Source: an uncultured Thermodesulfobacteriota bacterium | GTDB taxonomy: Bacteria > Desulfobacterota > DSWW01 > CAZFWM01 | DNA: 64,000 nucleotides | Assembly (NCBI GenBank): GCA_964522545.1 | Contig: CAZFWM010000003.1 | Coordinates: 3,729 to 67,728, forward strand | Direction: 5' to 3' | In this document: positions 45,202 to 53,368 of the stretch, piece after piece | Position numbering within the stretch: the first letter of the stretch is position 1 | Layout: every line of letters starts with the position of its first letter | Made by a program: the position numbers and the translations under genes | The notes under the pieces: generated by a model | The model's database searches: none | Told to the model about the DNA's origin: nothing | Seen by the model: only the letters and a program-made list of their open reading frames with translations

Positions 45202-45450
45202 TCTGAGGAACCCAGGACCCCAGGAAAAGAGATAGGATCTAATATGGGCTAGATCCTGTCCGGAAATGTCATTCCGAGGCGATAGCCGAGGAATCTGAAG
45301 TTGGCAAGGGATAGCCAATACAAGATTCCTCACTTCGTTCGGAATGACATACTGATTATTCGGAATGACATGCCGGTAAAACTGGCTGTTTTGGGACAGA
45401 TTCGAGCCAACCCTCCCTATTTCTTCCTGGGTTCCTGGGTTCCTCAGAGG
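45202..45450. repeat. Family B palindrome, copy B4, enclosing family C copy C1
   Basis: Arms at 45202-45224 (CTGAGGAACCCAGGACCCCAGG) and 45426-45450. It lies between cimA and the GOGAT genes. Confidence 0.85.
45258..45374. repeat. Family C palindrome, copy C1 (GTCCGGAAATGTCATTCCGAGGCGATAGCCGAGGAATCT ... AGATTCCTCACTTCGTTCGGAATGACATAC), plus an extra half-site
   Basis: Arms at 45258-45296 and 45323-45352. A duplicated TTCGGAATGACATGCC lies at 45359-45374. Confidence 0.8.
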
Positions 45451-45478
45451 AATTTTTTTATTTAGAAGGAGTGAGCTT

Positions 45479-46555
45479 ATGTGCGGAATCGTCGGGATCG
45501 TCAACACGGACGGCCGGAAGGTGAGCGGCAGGCAGGTGATGGACGCCATAAAGATGCAGCGGGAGAGGGGGAACGGCCTGGGCGCCGGCTTCGCCGGGTA
45601 CGGCATCCACCCCAACAACGCGGACGAATACGCCCTCTACATCATGTTCGAAGGGGGCAAGTATGCGCCTCCCCCCCACCTCCACCCCGCCATCAACAAG
45701 CTCGAGGACTGGCTCGCCCTCAGGCTGCGGATCCATCACACCGAAGAAGTGCCGCTCGATCCGGACAAGCAGCAGATGGTCGTGTCGGGGCCTTACTTCA
45801 AGCGGTACTTCTGTATACCCCTGGAGAACGAGTTCCGCGCGGGTCTCAATGAAGAGGAGGCCATGCGGAAGTTCGTGCTGGAGATCAACCGCATGCCCGG
45901 GATCTTCGTGCTTTCCTGCGGCAAGAATATGGGGGTCTTCAAGGGGGTCGGATACCCGGAGGACATCGCCAAGCTCTTCCGCCTGGAGAGCTACGAAGGC
46001 TGGATGTGGATCGCCCACTCCCGGTTTCCCACGAACACGCCCGGCTGGTGGGGCGGCGCTCACCCGTTCTCCATGCTCGGAACGGCGGTGGTCCACAACG
46101 GCGAGGTCACCAGCTACGGCACGAATGTGCGCTGGCTCGAACAGTATGGCTACCACTGCACCATGAAGACCGACACGGAGGTGGTCGCCTATGTCTACGA
46201 CAAGCTGAGGCGGGACGGCCTGAGCGAGGAAGAGGCCTGCAGCGTCATGGCCCCGCCCCTGTGGTCCGAGATCGACCGGCTGGACGACCAGAGCATGCGG
46301 CAGTTCCGGCAGTTCTACCGGGGGGCCGTCATCAACGGACCCTTCGGGATCATCATCAGCGACGAAACCGGCGCCATCGCCCTGTGCGACCGGGACAAGC
46401 TGAGGCCTCTTGTGATCGGCCGGAGAGAGGATACCTGGGTCATCGCATCTGAAGAGTGCAGCTTCGGAGCAGTCTGGGACGAGGGACCTGAAGTGATCGA
46501 CCGCCCGAGCGGAGGGGAGCCGGTTCTTATTAGGCGAAAGGAGCCGATACAATGA
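45479..46555 (+). CDS. Glutamate synthase, stand-alone class-II (Ntn) glutamine amidotransferase subunit (archaeal-type split GOGAT)
   Basis: MCGIVG start (Cys1 nucleophile), followed by HSRFPTNT and HNGE. RBS AAGGAG. Confidence 0.8.
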   Translation: MCGIVGIVNTDGRKVSGRQVMDAIKMQRERGNGLGAGFAGYGIHPNNADEYALYIMFEGGKYAPPPHLHPAINKLEDWLALRLRIHHTEEVPLDPDKQQMVVSGPYFKRYFCIPLENEFRAGLNEEEAMRKFVLEINRMPGIFVLSCGKNMGVFKGVGYPEDIAKLFRLESYEGWMWIAHSRFPTNTPGWWGGAHPFSMLGTAVVHNGEVTSYGTNVRWLEQYGYHCTMKTDTEVVAYVYDKLRRDGLSEEEACSVMAPPLWSEIDRLDDQSMRQFRQFYRGAVINGPFGIIISDETGAIALCDRDKLRPLVIGRREDTWVIASEECSFGAVWDEGPEVIDRPSGGEPVLIRRKEPIQ

Positions 46556-48072
46556 TCATGGAGCGAAATTGGGTGGTGAGGCCGCCCTGCCGCCCGCATT
46601 TCGATCTGGACCGCTGCCAGTACGAGGACGGGTGCGGCGAGTGCGCCAAGGAGTGCAGCTGGGGGGAGATCCGGCTGGAGCCGGTGAGGGTCGGCGAGGA
46701 GATCAAGCAGCGGCCGGTCGCCAACTGGAAGGCCTGCGGCGCCTGTTACCGGTGCGTCAAGTACTGCCCGGCCGGCGCCATCCACATCGAACAGCTCCCC
46801 ATGGAGCCCACCCACAGATACTGGTCGTCCGTCTTCACGACGCGTGTCTGGAGGCAGGCGGGCGACACCGGGGGAGTCCTCCTGACCGGGAGTGGGGCGG
46901 ACGGCCCGCAGACGCGCTACTTCGACCACCTCATGTTCGATGCCTGCCAGGTGACGAACCCCTCCATCGACCCTCTGCGCGAACCGATGGAGACCCGGGT
47001 CTGGGTGGGTAGTCGGCCCGAGTCGGTGAAGGAAATGGGGGCCCACCCGCTGCTGCAGCTCGAGATACCGATCCTGTTCGCGGCCATGAGCTTCGGCGCC
47101 CTGAACCTGCGGGTTCAGCAGGCCGCGGCCCGGGCGAGCCGGCAGGTCGGAACCTACTGGAACACCGGGGAGGGCGGAGTTCACGAAGACCTGAAAGGCT
47201 TCGCCGAAAACACCATCGTGCAGGTGGCCTCGGGTCGCTATGGCGTGGATGCGGGCTACCTGAGCGGCGCGGCCGCCATCGAGATCAAGATCGGTCAGGG
47301 CGCGAAGCCCGGCATCGGCGGCCACCTGCCGGGCGAAAAAGTGACCTCCTCCGTGGGCGAGACGCGAAGGATTCCATCCGGCACGGACGCCCTCTCTCCG
47401 GCGCCGCACCACGATATCTACAGCATCGAGGACCTCCGACAGCTCATCTTTGCCCTGAAGGAAACCATGGATTACAAGCTTCCCGTGGGGGTCAAGATTG
47501 CCGCGGTCCACAACGTGGCTCCCATCGTCAGCGGCATCGCCCAGGCGGGGGCCGACTTCATCACCATCGACGGCTTCCGGGGCGGGACCGGGGCCACGCC
47601 GCTGGTCATCCGGCAGGGGACCGGAATCTCAGTGGAGCTGGCCATCGCCGCCGCAGACCAGCGACTGAGTGAAGAGGGCATCCGAGAGCAGGTCAGCCTG
47701 ATCGCCTCGGGAGGCATACAGAGCGCGGCGGACGTACTGAAGCTCATCTGCCTCGGCGCCGATGCCTGCTATGTCGGCACGGCCATGCTCGTGGCCCTGG
47801 GTTGCGGCATGTGTCAGAAGTGCTTCGCAGGCAAGTGCGCTTACGGGATCACCACGAATCGGCCGGACCTGCTGGAGCGGGTGGACGTGGAAGAGGCGAC
47901 CGACGCCCTGGTCAATTTTCTTCATGCCTGGAGGGAAGAGATCCGGGAGCTCATGGGCTCCATGGGGATCTCCACGATCGAGGCTCTCCGGGGAAACCGG
48001 GACCGGTTGCGGGGCGTGGGATTGACCGAAAAAGAGCTCTCGGTGATGGGCATCAAGCACGCCGGCGAGTAG
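46552..48072 (+). CDS. Glutamate synthase FMN-binding (GltB domain 2-like) subunit with an N-terminal Cys-rich ferredoxin-like region
   Basis: N-terminal Cys clusters (C..C..C...C and CGACYRCVKYCP). EIKIGQGAKPG.GG.LPG.KV and GG.G..P motifs. ATGA overlap with the upstream stop. Confidence 0.8.
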   Translation: MIMERNWVVRPPCRPHFDLDRCQYEDGCGECAKECSWGEIRLEPVRVGEEIKQRPVANWKACGACYRCVKYCPAGAIHIEQLPMEPTHRYWSSVFTTRVWRQAGDTGGVLLTGSGADGPQTRYFDHLMFDACQVTNPSIDPLREPMETRVWVGSRPESVKEMGAHPLLQLEIPILFAAMSFGALNLRVQQAAARASRQVGTYWNTGEGGVHEDLKGFAENTIVQVASGRYGVDAGYLSGAAAIEIKIGQGAKPGIGGHLPGEKVTSSVGETRRIPSGTDALSPAPHHDIYSIEDLRQLIFALKETMDYKLPVGVKIAAVHNVAPIVSGIAQAGADFITIDGFRGGTGATPLVIRQGTGISVELAIAAADQRLSEEGIREQVSLIASGGIQSAADVLKLICLGADACYVGTAMLVALGCGMCQKCFAGKCAYGITTNRPDLLERVDVEEATDALVNFLHAWREEIRELMGSMGISTIEALRGNRDRLRGVGLTEKELSVMGIKHAGE

Positions 48073-48096
48073 AGCACAGGACCGGCGTTTCATGTT

Positions 48097-48274
48097 GTGT
48101 AAGCAAAGGAAAAGGGGGAAGGTGGAAAAATGGAAAAGGGATGAATTGTAAAAAAGGTTTGTTTATGACGGTTTTGTAAAAAGTAGGACATGTCATTTCG
48201 ACCGAAGGGAGAAATCGTAAAAATAAAAAAAATTTCCCTATTTTCCCTTTTCCCATTTTTCCCCTTACTTACAC
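48097..48274. repeat. GGAAAAGGG-word palindrome enclosing a family C' half-site
   Basis: GTGTAAGCAAAGGAAAAGGGGGAAGGTGGAAAAATGGAAAAGGG (48097-48140) is mirrored by CCCTATTTTCCCTTTTCCCATTTTTCCCCTTACTTACAC (48236-48274). It lies between the second and third GOGAT genes. Confidence 0.8.
48191..48216. repeat. Family C' half-site (TGTCATTTCGACCGAAGGGAGAAATC)
   Basis: Matches the left arm of the 52756-52835 palindrome. Confidence 0.65.
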
Positions 48275-48311
48275 ATCTTTTCGGTTGCGGCTCGGCCGCG
48301 TTGGGATCCAG

Positions 48312-50477
48312 ATGAAGAAAATCGAAGCCAGAGATGCTGCCGGCGACATCTATTACCGGATGCTGAACCGGCAGATTCGAGGCGCCATCGCGGGCGGCGA
48401 GACCGAGATCCACCTGGTCGACGTCCGCGGCCAGCGCTACATCGGGGCCGGCACGACCGGCCGGGACGTGGTCATCCACATCCACGGCATCCCCGGGCAG
48501 GACCTGGGCGCATTCCTGAACGGCACCACCCTGATCGTGCACGGAAACGGGCAGGACGGAGTTGCGAACACCATAAACGCGGGCAATGTCATAATCCACG
48601 GAAGCGCGGGCGAGATCCCCTGCTACTCAGCCCGCGGCGGTCGCGTGTTCGTGCGCGACGACGTCAGCTACCGGGCCGGAATCCACATGAAGCAGTACGG
48701 AGACGCGGTGCCGTGGCTCGTCATCGGCGGGACGGCGAAGAACTACCTGGGCGAGTACATGGCCGGCGGGGTCTGCGTGGTCCTCGATCTCCAGGGCGAT
48801 GGTTCCATGGCTTCGCCGGTGGGCTCCTCGCTGGCCACCGGGATTCACGGGGGCGCCGTCTACATCCGGGGGATGGTGGAGGAGTGGCAGCTCGGGGTCG
48901 GCGCCAAGATAGAGGAGCTCGAATCGTCAGACCATGAGCTGCTGCGCCGGATCGTCTCCGAATACTGCGGCCACTTCGGAGGGAACGCGGAACAGATCCT
49001 CGATGAAAAGCCCTTCGTCAAGGTAATCCCCGTCTCCAAGCGCCCCTTTGCCAAGCTCTACACGCCGGCCCACTCCGTGGGCGGCGGCCGGTCCGTACAC
49101 CGCAATCTTTCGCCTCCCTGTGCATTCAACTGCCCCACCGGCATCCCCACCCCCGTCTTTCTGACCATGGTGCGCAGCGGGGATGTGGACGACGCCCTCC
49201 GGATGCTGGACGACTACACGCCCTTCCGCCTGAGCTGCTGCGGAACCGTCTGCGATCAGCTCTGTGTTCAGGAGTGCAGCCGGCTAAGGGTGGACGGGCG
49301 CTCTGTGGACGTGCGCGCCCTGGCCCAATCGTATTATCCCGATTTTTCGCCGGAGCTCGTCGGGAAGAGGAAAAAAGAGCGCATCGCCGTGATCGGAGGA
49401 GGCCCGGCCGGTCTTTCGGTCGCCTTTCAGCTGGCACGCCGTCGTTACGAGGTGGCCCTCTTCGAAGCGGCGGACCGGATCGGCGGCAAAATGCGGGTGA
49501 TACCGACGGATCGCCTTCCGGAGAAGACGCTGAACCGCGATATCGAGAGGATCCTCTCTCTGGGAATCACCATACATACCGGTACCCGGGTCGGAACGAA
49601 CCTGTTCCGTGAGCTCTATGAGTCTTACGACGCCGTGGTCGTCTCCACCGGAGCGCACAAGCCGCGGGAGCTCGAATTTCCCGGCAGCGAACACGCCGTT
49701 TACGGGCTCGAATTTCTCAAGGCCGTCAGTGCGGGGCGTCCCATCAGGGTCCGGAAGAAACGCGTGGTCATCGTCGGGGCGGGAAACGTGGGCATGGACA
49801 TCGCCTGCGAGTGCTGGCGCCTGGGCGCCCGGGTCGTCACCGCCATGGACATACAGGAGCCCGCCTCATTTGGCGCGGAGCGCCTGAGGGCCGAAAAAGC
49901 TGGAACAAAGATCCTGTGGCCCGCGACGGTCGCATCCTTCTCGGCCGAGGAGCGGGAGGTTCGCTTCAAGGAGGGAAAGAGCCTGGAAGCCGATCTTCTC
50001 ATCATGGCCATCGGGGAGGTCCCGGACTACAGGGATTTTCTGCCGACCACGGTCCTCCAGACCCCCGACGGGCACATACGGATTCCGGGTGACAGCTTCC
50101 AGTCGACCGACTCCAAGATATACGTCATCGGCGATGCGATCACCATGGGCCTGATCACCCACTCCGTGGGCATGGGGCGCCTGGCCGCCATGGAGATCCA
50201 CGCGAAATTCCGGGGGGAGGAGTTTGTTTTCCCGCGCAGGGAGCTGGTGCCGAAGGCCCGGATTCGCACTCTCTACTTCCTGGAAGAGAAGGCGGAGAGC
50301 GAGGTCGGACGCTGCCTGAGCTGCGGTACCTGTCTCTACTGCGACACCTGCCTCCAGGCTTGCCCGCAGCAGGCCATAAGCCGGGAGGGGCAGGAGTTCC
50401 GGGTGGGTGATCACTGCACAGGCTGCGGCACCTGTGAATCGGTATGCCCCCGCGGGGCCGTGACCGTTGAGCTGTGA
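48312..50477 (+). CDS. Fusion of a GXGXG domain (GltB domain 3), a GltD-like FAD/NAD(P) oxidoreductase, and a C-terminal 2x[4Fe-4S] ferredoxin
   Basis: The G.RY.G.G......I...G..G...G..L.G..L.V.GN... repeat pattern, then VIGGGPAGL and IVGAGNVGMD dinucleotide folds, then CLSCGTCLYCDTC and CTGCGTCESVCP. I chose the ATG at 48312. Confidence 0.8.
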   Translation: MKKIEARDAAGDIYYRMLNRQIRGAIAGGETEIHLVDVRGQRYIGAGTTGRDVVIHIHGIPGQDLGAFLNGTTLIVHGNGQDGVANTINAGNVIIHGSAGEIPCYSARGGRVFVRDDVSYRAGIHMKQYGDAVPWLVIGGTAKNYLGEYMAGGVCVVLDLQGDGSMASPVGSSLATGIHGGAVYIRGMVEEWQLGVGAKIEELESSDHELLRRIVSEYCGHFGGNAEQILDEKPFVKVIPVSKRPFAKLYTPAHSVGGGRSVHRNLSPPCAFNCPTGIPTPVFLTMVRSGDVDDALRMLDDYTPFRLSCCGTVCDQLCVQECSRLRVDGRSVDVRALAQSYYPDFSPELVGKRKKERIAVIGGGPAGLSVAFQLARRRYEVALFEAADRIGGKMRVIPTDRLPEKTLNRDIERILSLGITIHTGTRVGTNLFRELYESYDAVVVSTGAHKPRELEFPGSEHAVYGLEFLKAVSAGRPIRVRKKRVVIVGAGNVGMDIACECWRLGARVVTAMDIQEPASFGAERLRAEKAGTKILWPATVASFSAEEREVRFKEGKSLEADLLIMAIGEVPDYRDFLPTTVLQTPDGHIRIPGDSFQSTDSKIYVIGDAITMGLITHSVGMGRLAAMEIHAKFRGEEFVFPRRELVPKARIRTLYFLEEKAESEVGRCLSCGTCLYCDTCLQACPQQAISREGQEFRVGDHCTGCGTCESVCPRGAVTVEL

Positions 50478-50554
50478 GACAGATCAGCGACCAGCGGCTC
50501 TATCGGAGGTCGTTGCTTTGCAGTATGTGGCGGAACGATTAACTCGAACGTATT

Positions 50555-50679
50555 GGAAATCCAAGGAGCTTATGGAATTGCTTTTTTCAACCACAGAGGA
50601 CACAGAGGTCACAGAGAGAGAATGAATGCATTCAAATTCTTGCTTTCTCTGTGTCCTCTGTGGTGAATTTATATAACGC
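50555..50679 (+). repeat. Family A element, copy A5 (short right arm)
   Basis: GGAAATCCAAGGAGCTTATGG...CCACAGAGGACACAGAGGTCACAGAGAG...CTCTGTGTCCTCTGTGGTGAATTTATATAACGC. It lies in the convergent gap after the GOGAT genes. Confidence 0.85.
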
Positions 50680-50734
50680 AACGTTTTGCTGCGTCCTCCC
50701 CAAACTCGGCTGCCGTGTGTTCCGGTTCTCGGTA

Positions 50735-51454
50735 TCAGCCAGGCGGGTTCGCGCCCCTCTTCCGGGCCAGGCGGGTACGTCGTGCGGCTGCCGCTTCCTT
50801 TCCCGCCGCGGCTTCGTCTGGATCGAGCCGCTCCTCGAGCGCGGCTAACGCCTCCTCGATCCGCCTTCGAAACTCCTCGAGTTCCTCCCCTTCGCCCAGC
50901 CGCAGGGGTGTGCCGAAGAAGATATCTATGGGCGTGAACGGTTTGGGGATCTGGAATCGGTCCCACGTTCGGCCCAGAATCCAGCGGCGTCGGGAAACGG
51001 GTACTGCGATCAGCACGGCCGCTCCGGTAGCGAAAGAGAGTTTGGCGATCCCACGATTCACGTAATTACGCGGCCCGCGCGGGCCGTCCACGGCCAGGTA
51101 TGCGGGGGCTCCTCCGCATACGTGCTCGATCAAGCGGTCGAGAGCGGCGGCGCCGCCCTTGTCCCGCCCCTTGACCCGGGTCGAGCCGCGGATCGGGACG
51201 ATCCCGTGGACCCGCAGGCTGGGGATCAAGAGATCGCCGTCTTCGGAGCGGGAGACCATGGCGCCGGTACCCGGTTCGCAGCCGATAACGGCGGCCACCT
51301 GGTGGCAGTGCAGAATGGCGTAGGCGTACGGGCTGCCTTCTTTGCGCAGGGCCGGCCGAGGGTCGTTGTGAAAGCGGACGCGACAGCTCCAGCGCAGCAG
51401 GAGCACCAGGATGGCGGCCAGCCAGGCGACGAGGAAGCGTAGGGCTTTTTTCAT
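50735..51454 (-). CDS. DUF374-family (lysophospholipid acyltransferase-like) protein
   Basis: N-terminal TM helix, then YAILHCHQ....SRS.DG......L...G...IRGS...GG..AL and VDGPRGP, as in DUF374. ATGA overlap with the upstream gene. Confidence 0.6.
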   Translation of the reverse strand: MKKALRFLVAWLAAILVLLLRWSCRVRFHNDPRPALRKEGSPYAYAILHCHQVAAVIGCEPGTGAMVSRSEDGDLLIPSLRVHGIVPIRGSTRVKGRDKGGAAALDRLIEHVCGGAPAYLAVDGPRGPRNYVNRGIAKLSFATGAAVLIAVPVSRRRWILGRTWDRFQIPKPFTPIDIFFGTPLRLGEGEELEEFRRRIEEALAALEERLDPDEAAAGKEAAAARRTRLARKRGANPPG

Positions 51455-52710
51455 GGGGCCCCTCCGGACGGACACGCCGCAGACCGACCGGCGACCCAGC
51501 CCGTAGAGAACGCGGCCTGAAGGTTGTATCCGCCGGTGTCGGCGTCCACGTCCAGCACCTCGCCGGCGAAATAAAGGCCCTCCACTCGTTGCGAAGCCAT
51601 CGTGCGCGGGTCGACTTCCCGCGTATCCACCCCGCCGGCGGTAATGATCGCCTCATCAATAGAGCGGTATCCGGTCACCTCCAGGCGAAAATCCTTCAGC
51701 CATGCACGCAGGCGCTTCCGCTCCCCGGCCGTTATATGGGGGGCGGCCTTGTCCGGGGGGATGCCGGTGGAATCCATACAGATAGGGATGAGCTTTTTCG
51801 GCAGCAATCCATTGAGTAGCATGCGGAACGACTGCTTGCCCTGCGCCTCCAGGTCTCTGATGAGGCGCGCGTCCAGCTTGCGCTCGTCCAGGGCGGGTTT
51901 GAGATCGATCGAGAGGACCACTCTCCGGCCTTGGCTCAGGGCATCCACGATCTGTCCGCTCAGGGAGAGGATGATCGGCCCGGTAAGAGTTGAGCGGGCG
52001 AAGAGCATCTCGCCGAACAGGGTGGCTTGTTTTCTTTCATCGACCCGCACCCGCACGGTCACATTACGCAGGTTCAGGCCTTCCAACTTCGTGGCAATGT
52101 CGCCGCCTGTTTCCAGGGGGACCAGTGCCGGTCGAATCGGCACGATGGTGTGGCCCGCCGATTCGGCCAGCCGGTAGCCGTCCCCGGTCGATCCGGTGGC
52201 GGGGTACGATGCCCCGCCGGTGGCGATGATCACGGCATCCCCACGATGAATTTGCCCCTGTGGCGCCTGCACGCCGACCACCCGCCCGCCCTCGACCGTC
52301 AGCTTTTCCACCGGGGATCGGGGTTGCATGGTCACCTGCTGCCCACCGGCCCACCGCACCAGCGCATCCACCACGTCCTGGGCCTGGCCGCTGGCCGGAA
52401 AGACCCGTCCCCCCCGCTCGGTCACGGTGGGAATCTTCACTTCATCGAAAAACGCCACGAGCTCGGAGGTGAAAAATCGGGAAAAAGTCTGGCGAAGAAA
52501 ACGTCCACCCGGGCCGAAGTGGGCGATGAATTCGGACAGGGGGGCCATATTGGTCAGGTTGCAGCGTCCCTTGCCGGCGATGCGCAGCTTGCGTCCCGGG
52601 CGATGCATTTTTTCGAGGAGCAGAGTTTCGGCGCCCAGCCGTGCGGCCTGCCCGGCGGCCATCAAACCGGCCGGACCTCCTCCGACAACGATCACCCGAC
52701 GTCGTGTCAT
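51451..52710 (-). CDS. HI0933/BaiN-family NAD(P)/FAD-dependent flavoprotein
   Basis: VIVVGGGPAGLMAA...LLEK....G.KL...G.GRCN.TN and the C-terminal GLYFAGE..D..A.TGGYN.Q.A..TG. Confidence 0.8.
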   Translation of the reverse strand: MTRRRVIVVGGGPAGLMAAGQAARLGAETLLLEKMHRPGRKLRIAGKGRCNLTNMAPLSEFIAHFGPGGRFLRQTFSRFFTSELVAFFDEVKIPTVTERGGRVFPASGQAQDVVDALVRWAGGQQVTMQPRSPVEKLTVEGGRVVGVQAPQGQIHRGDAVIIATGGASYPATGSTGDGYRLAESAGHTIVPIRPALVPLETGGDIATKLEGLNLRNVTVRVRVDERKQATLFGEMLFARSTLTGPIILSLSGQIVDALSQGRRVVLSIDLKPALDERKLDARLIRDLEAQGKQSFRMLLNGLLPKKLIPICMDSTGIPPDKAAPHITAGERKRLRAWLKDFRLEVTGYRSIDEAIITAGGVDTREVDPRTMASQRVEGLYFAGEVLDVDADTGGYNLQAAFSTGWVAGRSAACPSGGAP

Positions 52711-52755
52711 ATGCCCCTTAAGGCGCAGAGAAGTAAACCTGCGCGATAGATTGTC

Positions 52756-52835
52756 TGTCATTTCGAGCGAAGCGAGAAATCTTTCCGAGGGTACTGTATG
52801 AAAAGATTAGATTTCTCCCTGCGGTCGAAATGACA
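52756..52835. repeat. Family C' palindrome (TGTCATTTCGAGCGAAGCGAGAAATCT ... AGATTTCTCCCTGCGGTCGAAATGACA)
   Basis: Arms at 52756-52782 and 52809-52835. It lies between the HI0933-like and CYTH genes. Confidence 0.8.
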
Positions 52836-52849
52836 TATTCTACTTTCTG

Positions 52850-53368
52850 TCAGCCGGCACCGTCGATCAGCAAATCGATATAGGCCTTGTCCAGGAGAGC
52901 GCTGTCATCGATTTTCAGCCGCCCCATCAGATCCCGGGCGATGCGGGTCCCATCCGCGGCGGTCTGTCCGGGCTCGAGCACGACCTCCAGTTCGGCGAAC
53001 TGCCCCAGCCCCTCGACCTCGTCCAGGTGGATCCGGGTCTGGCCTGCGAGGTAGAGAAGGCGCCGCTTTTGTACGACCCCTCTGACCCCGAGGGAATTGC
53101 TCAAGATGTCGTGAAGCTCATCCGGCGCCGCCGTCGAAGTACGGATATAGTGACTTTCTTTTGGAGCCGTGCCGTCGGGTCGGTCGTAGTAGATGAGCTC
53201 GGCCTCTGAAGCGGAGAGCCGCCTCAGTTTGAGGCGCCCCTTGGGGCAGCGGAAGAATGTGTCCACCTGGTCGATGATGAAGGGGCCTTTGTCGGCAATC
53301 GCCTCGGCCCGCTTCGCAACGGATGTCAGGTCGGGCACCCGGGCCTTTATTTCAATGTTTCTATTCAT
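52850..53368 (-). CDS. CYTH-domain protein (CyaB-like class IV adenylate cyclase / triphosphate tunnel enzyme)
   Basis: EIEIK-type start (NIEIKARV), D.YF....G.LKLR, R..Y.......HLD.VEGLG.F.E.E. Confidence 0.7.
   Translation of the reverse strand: MNRNIEIKARVPDLTSVAKRAEAIADKGPFIIDQVDTFFRCPKGRLKLRRLSASEAELIYYDRPDGTAPKESHYIRTSTAAPDELHDILSNSLGVRGVVQKRRLLYLAGQTRIHLDEVEGLGQFAELEVVLEPGQTAADGTRIARDLMGRLKIDDSALLDKAYIDLLIDGAG

Noticed and set aside
13831-50679. Whether the recurring repeats could be a CRISPR array.
   Set aside because: The copies are kilobases apart and sit between genes. They are themselves long palindromes of different lengths. There is no regular repeat-spacer periodicity and no cas genes.
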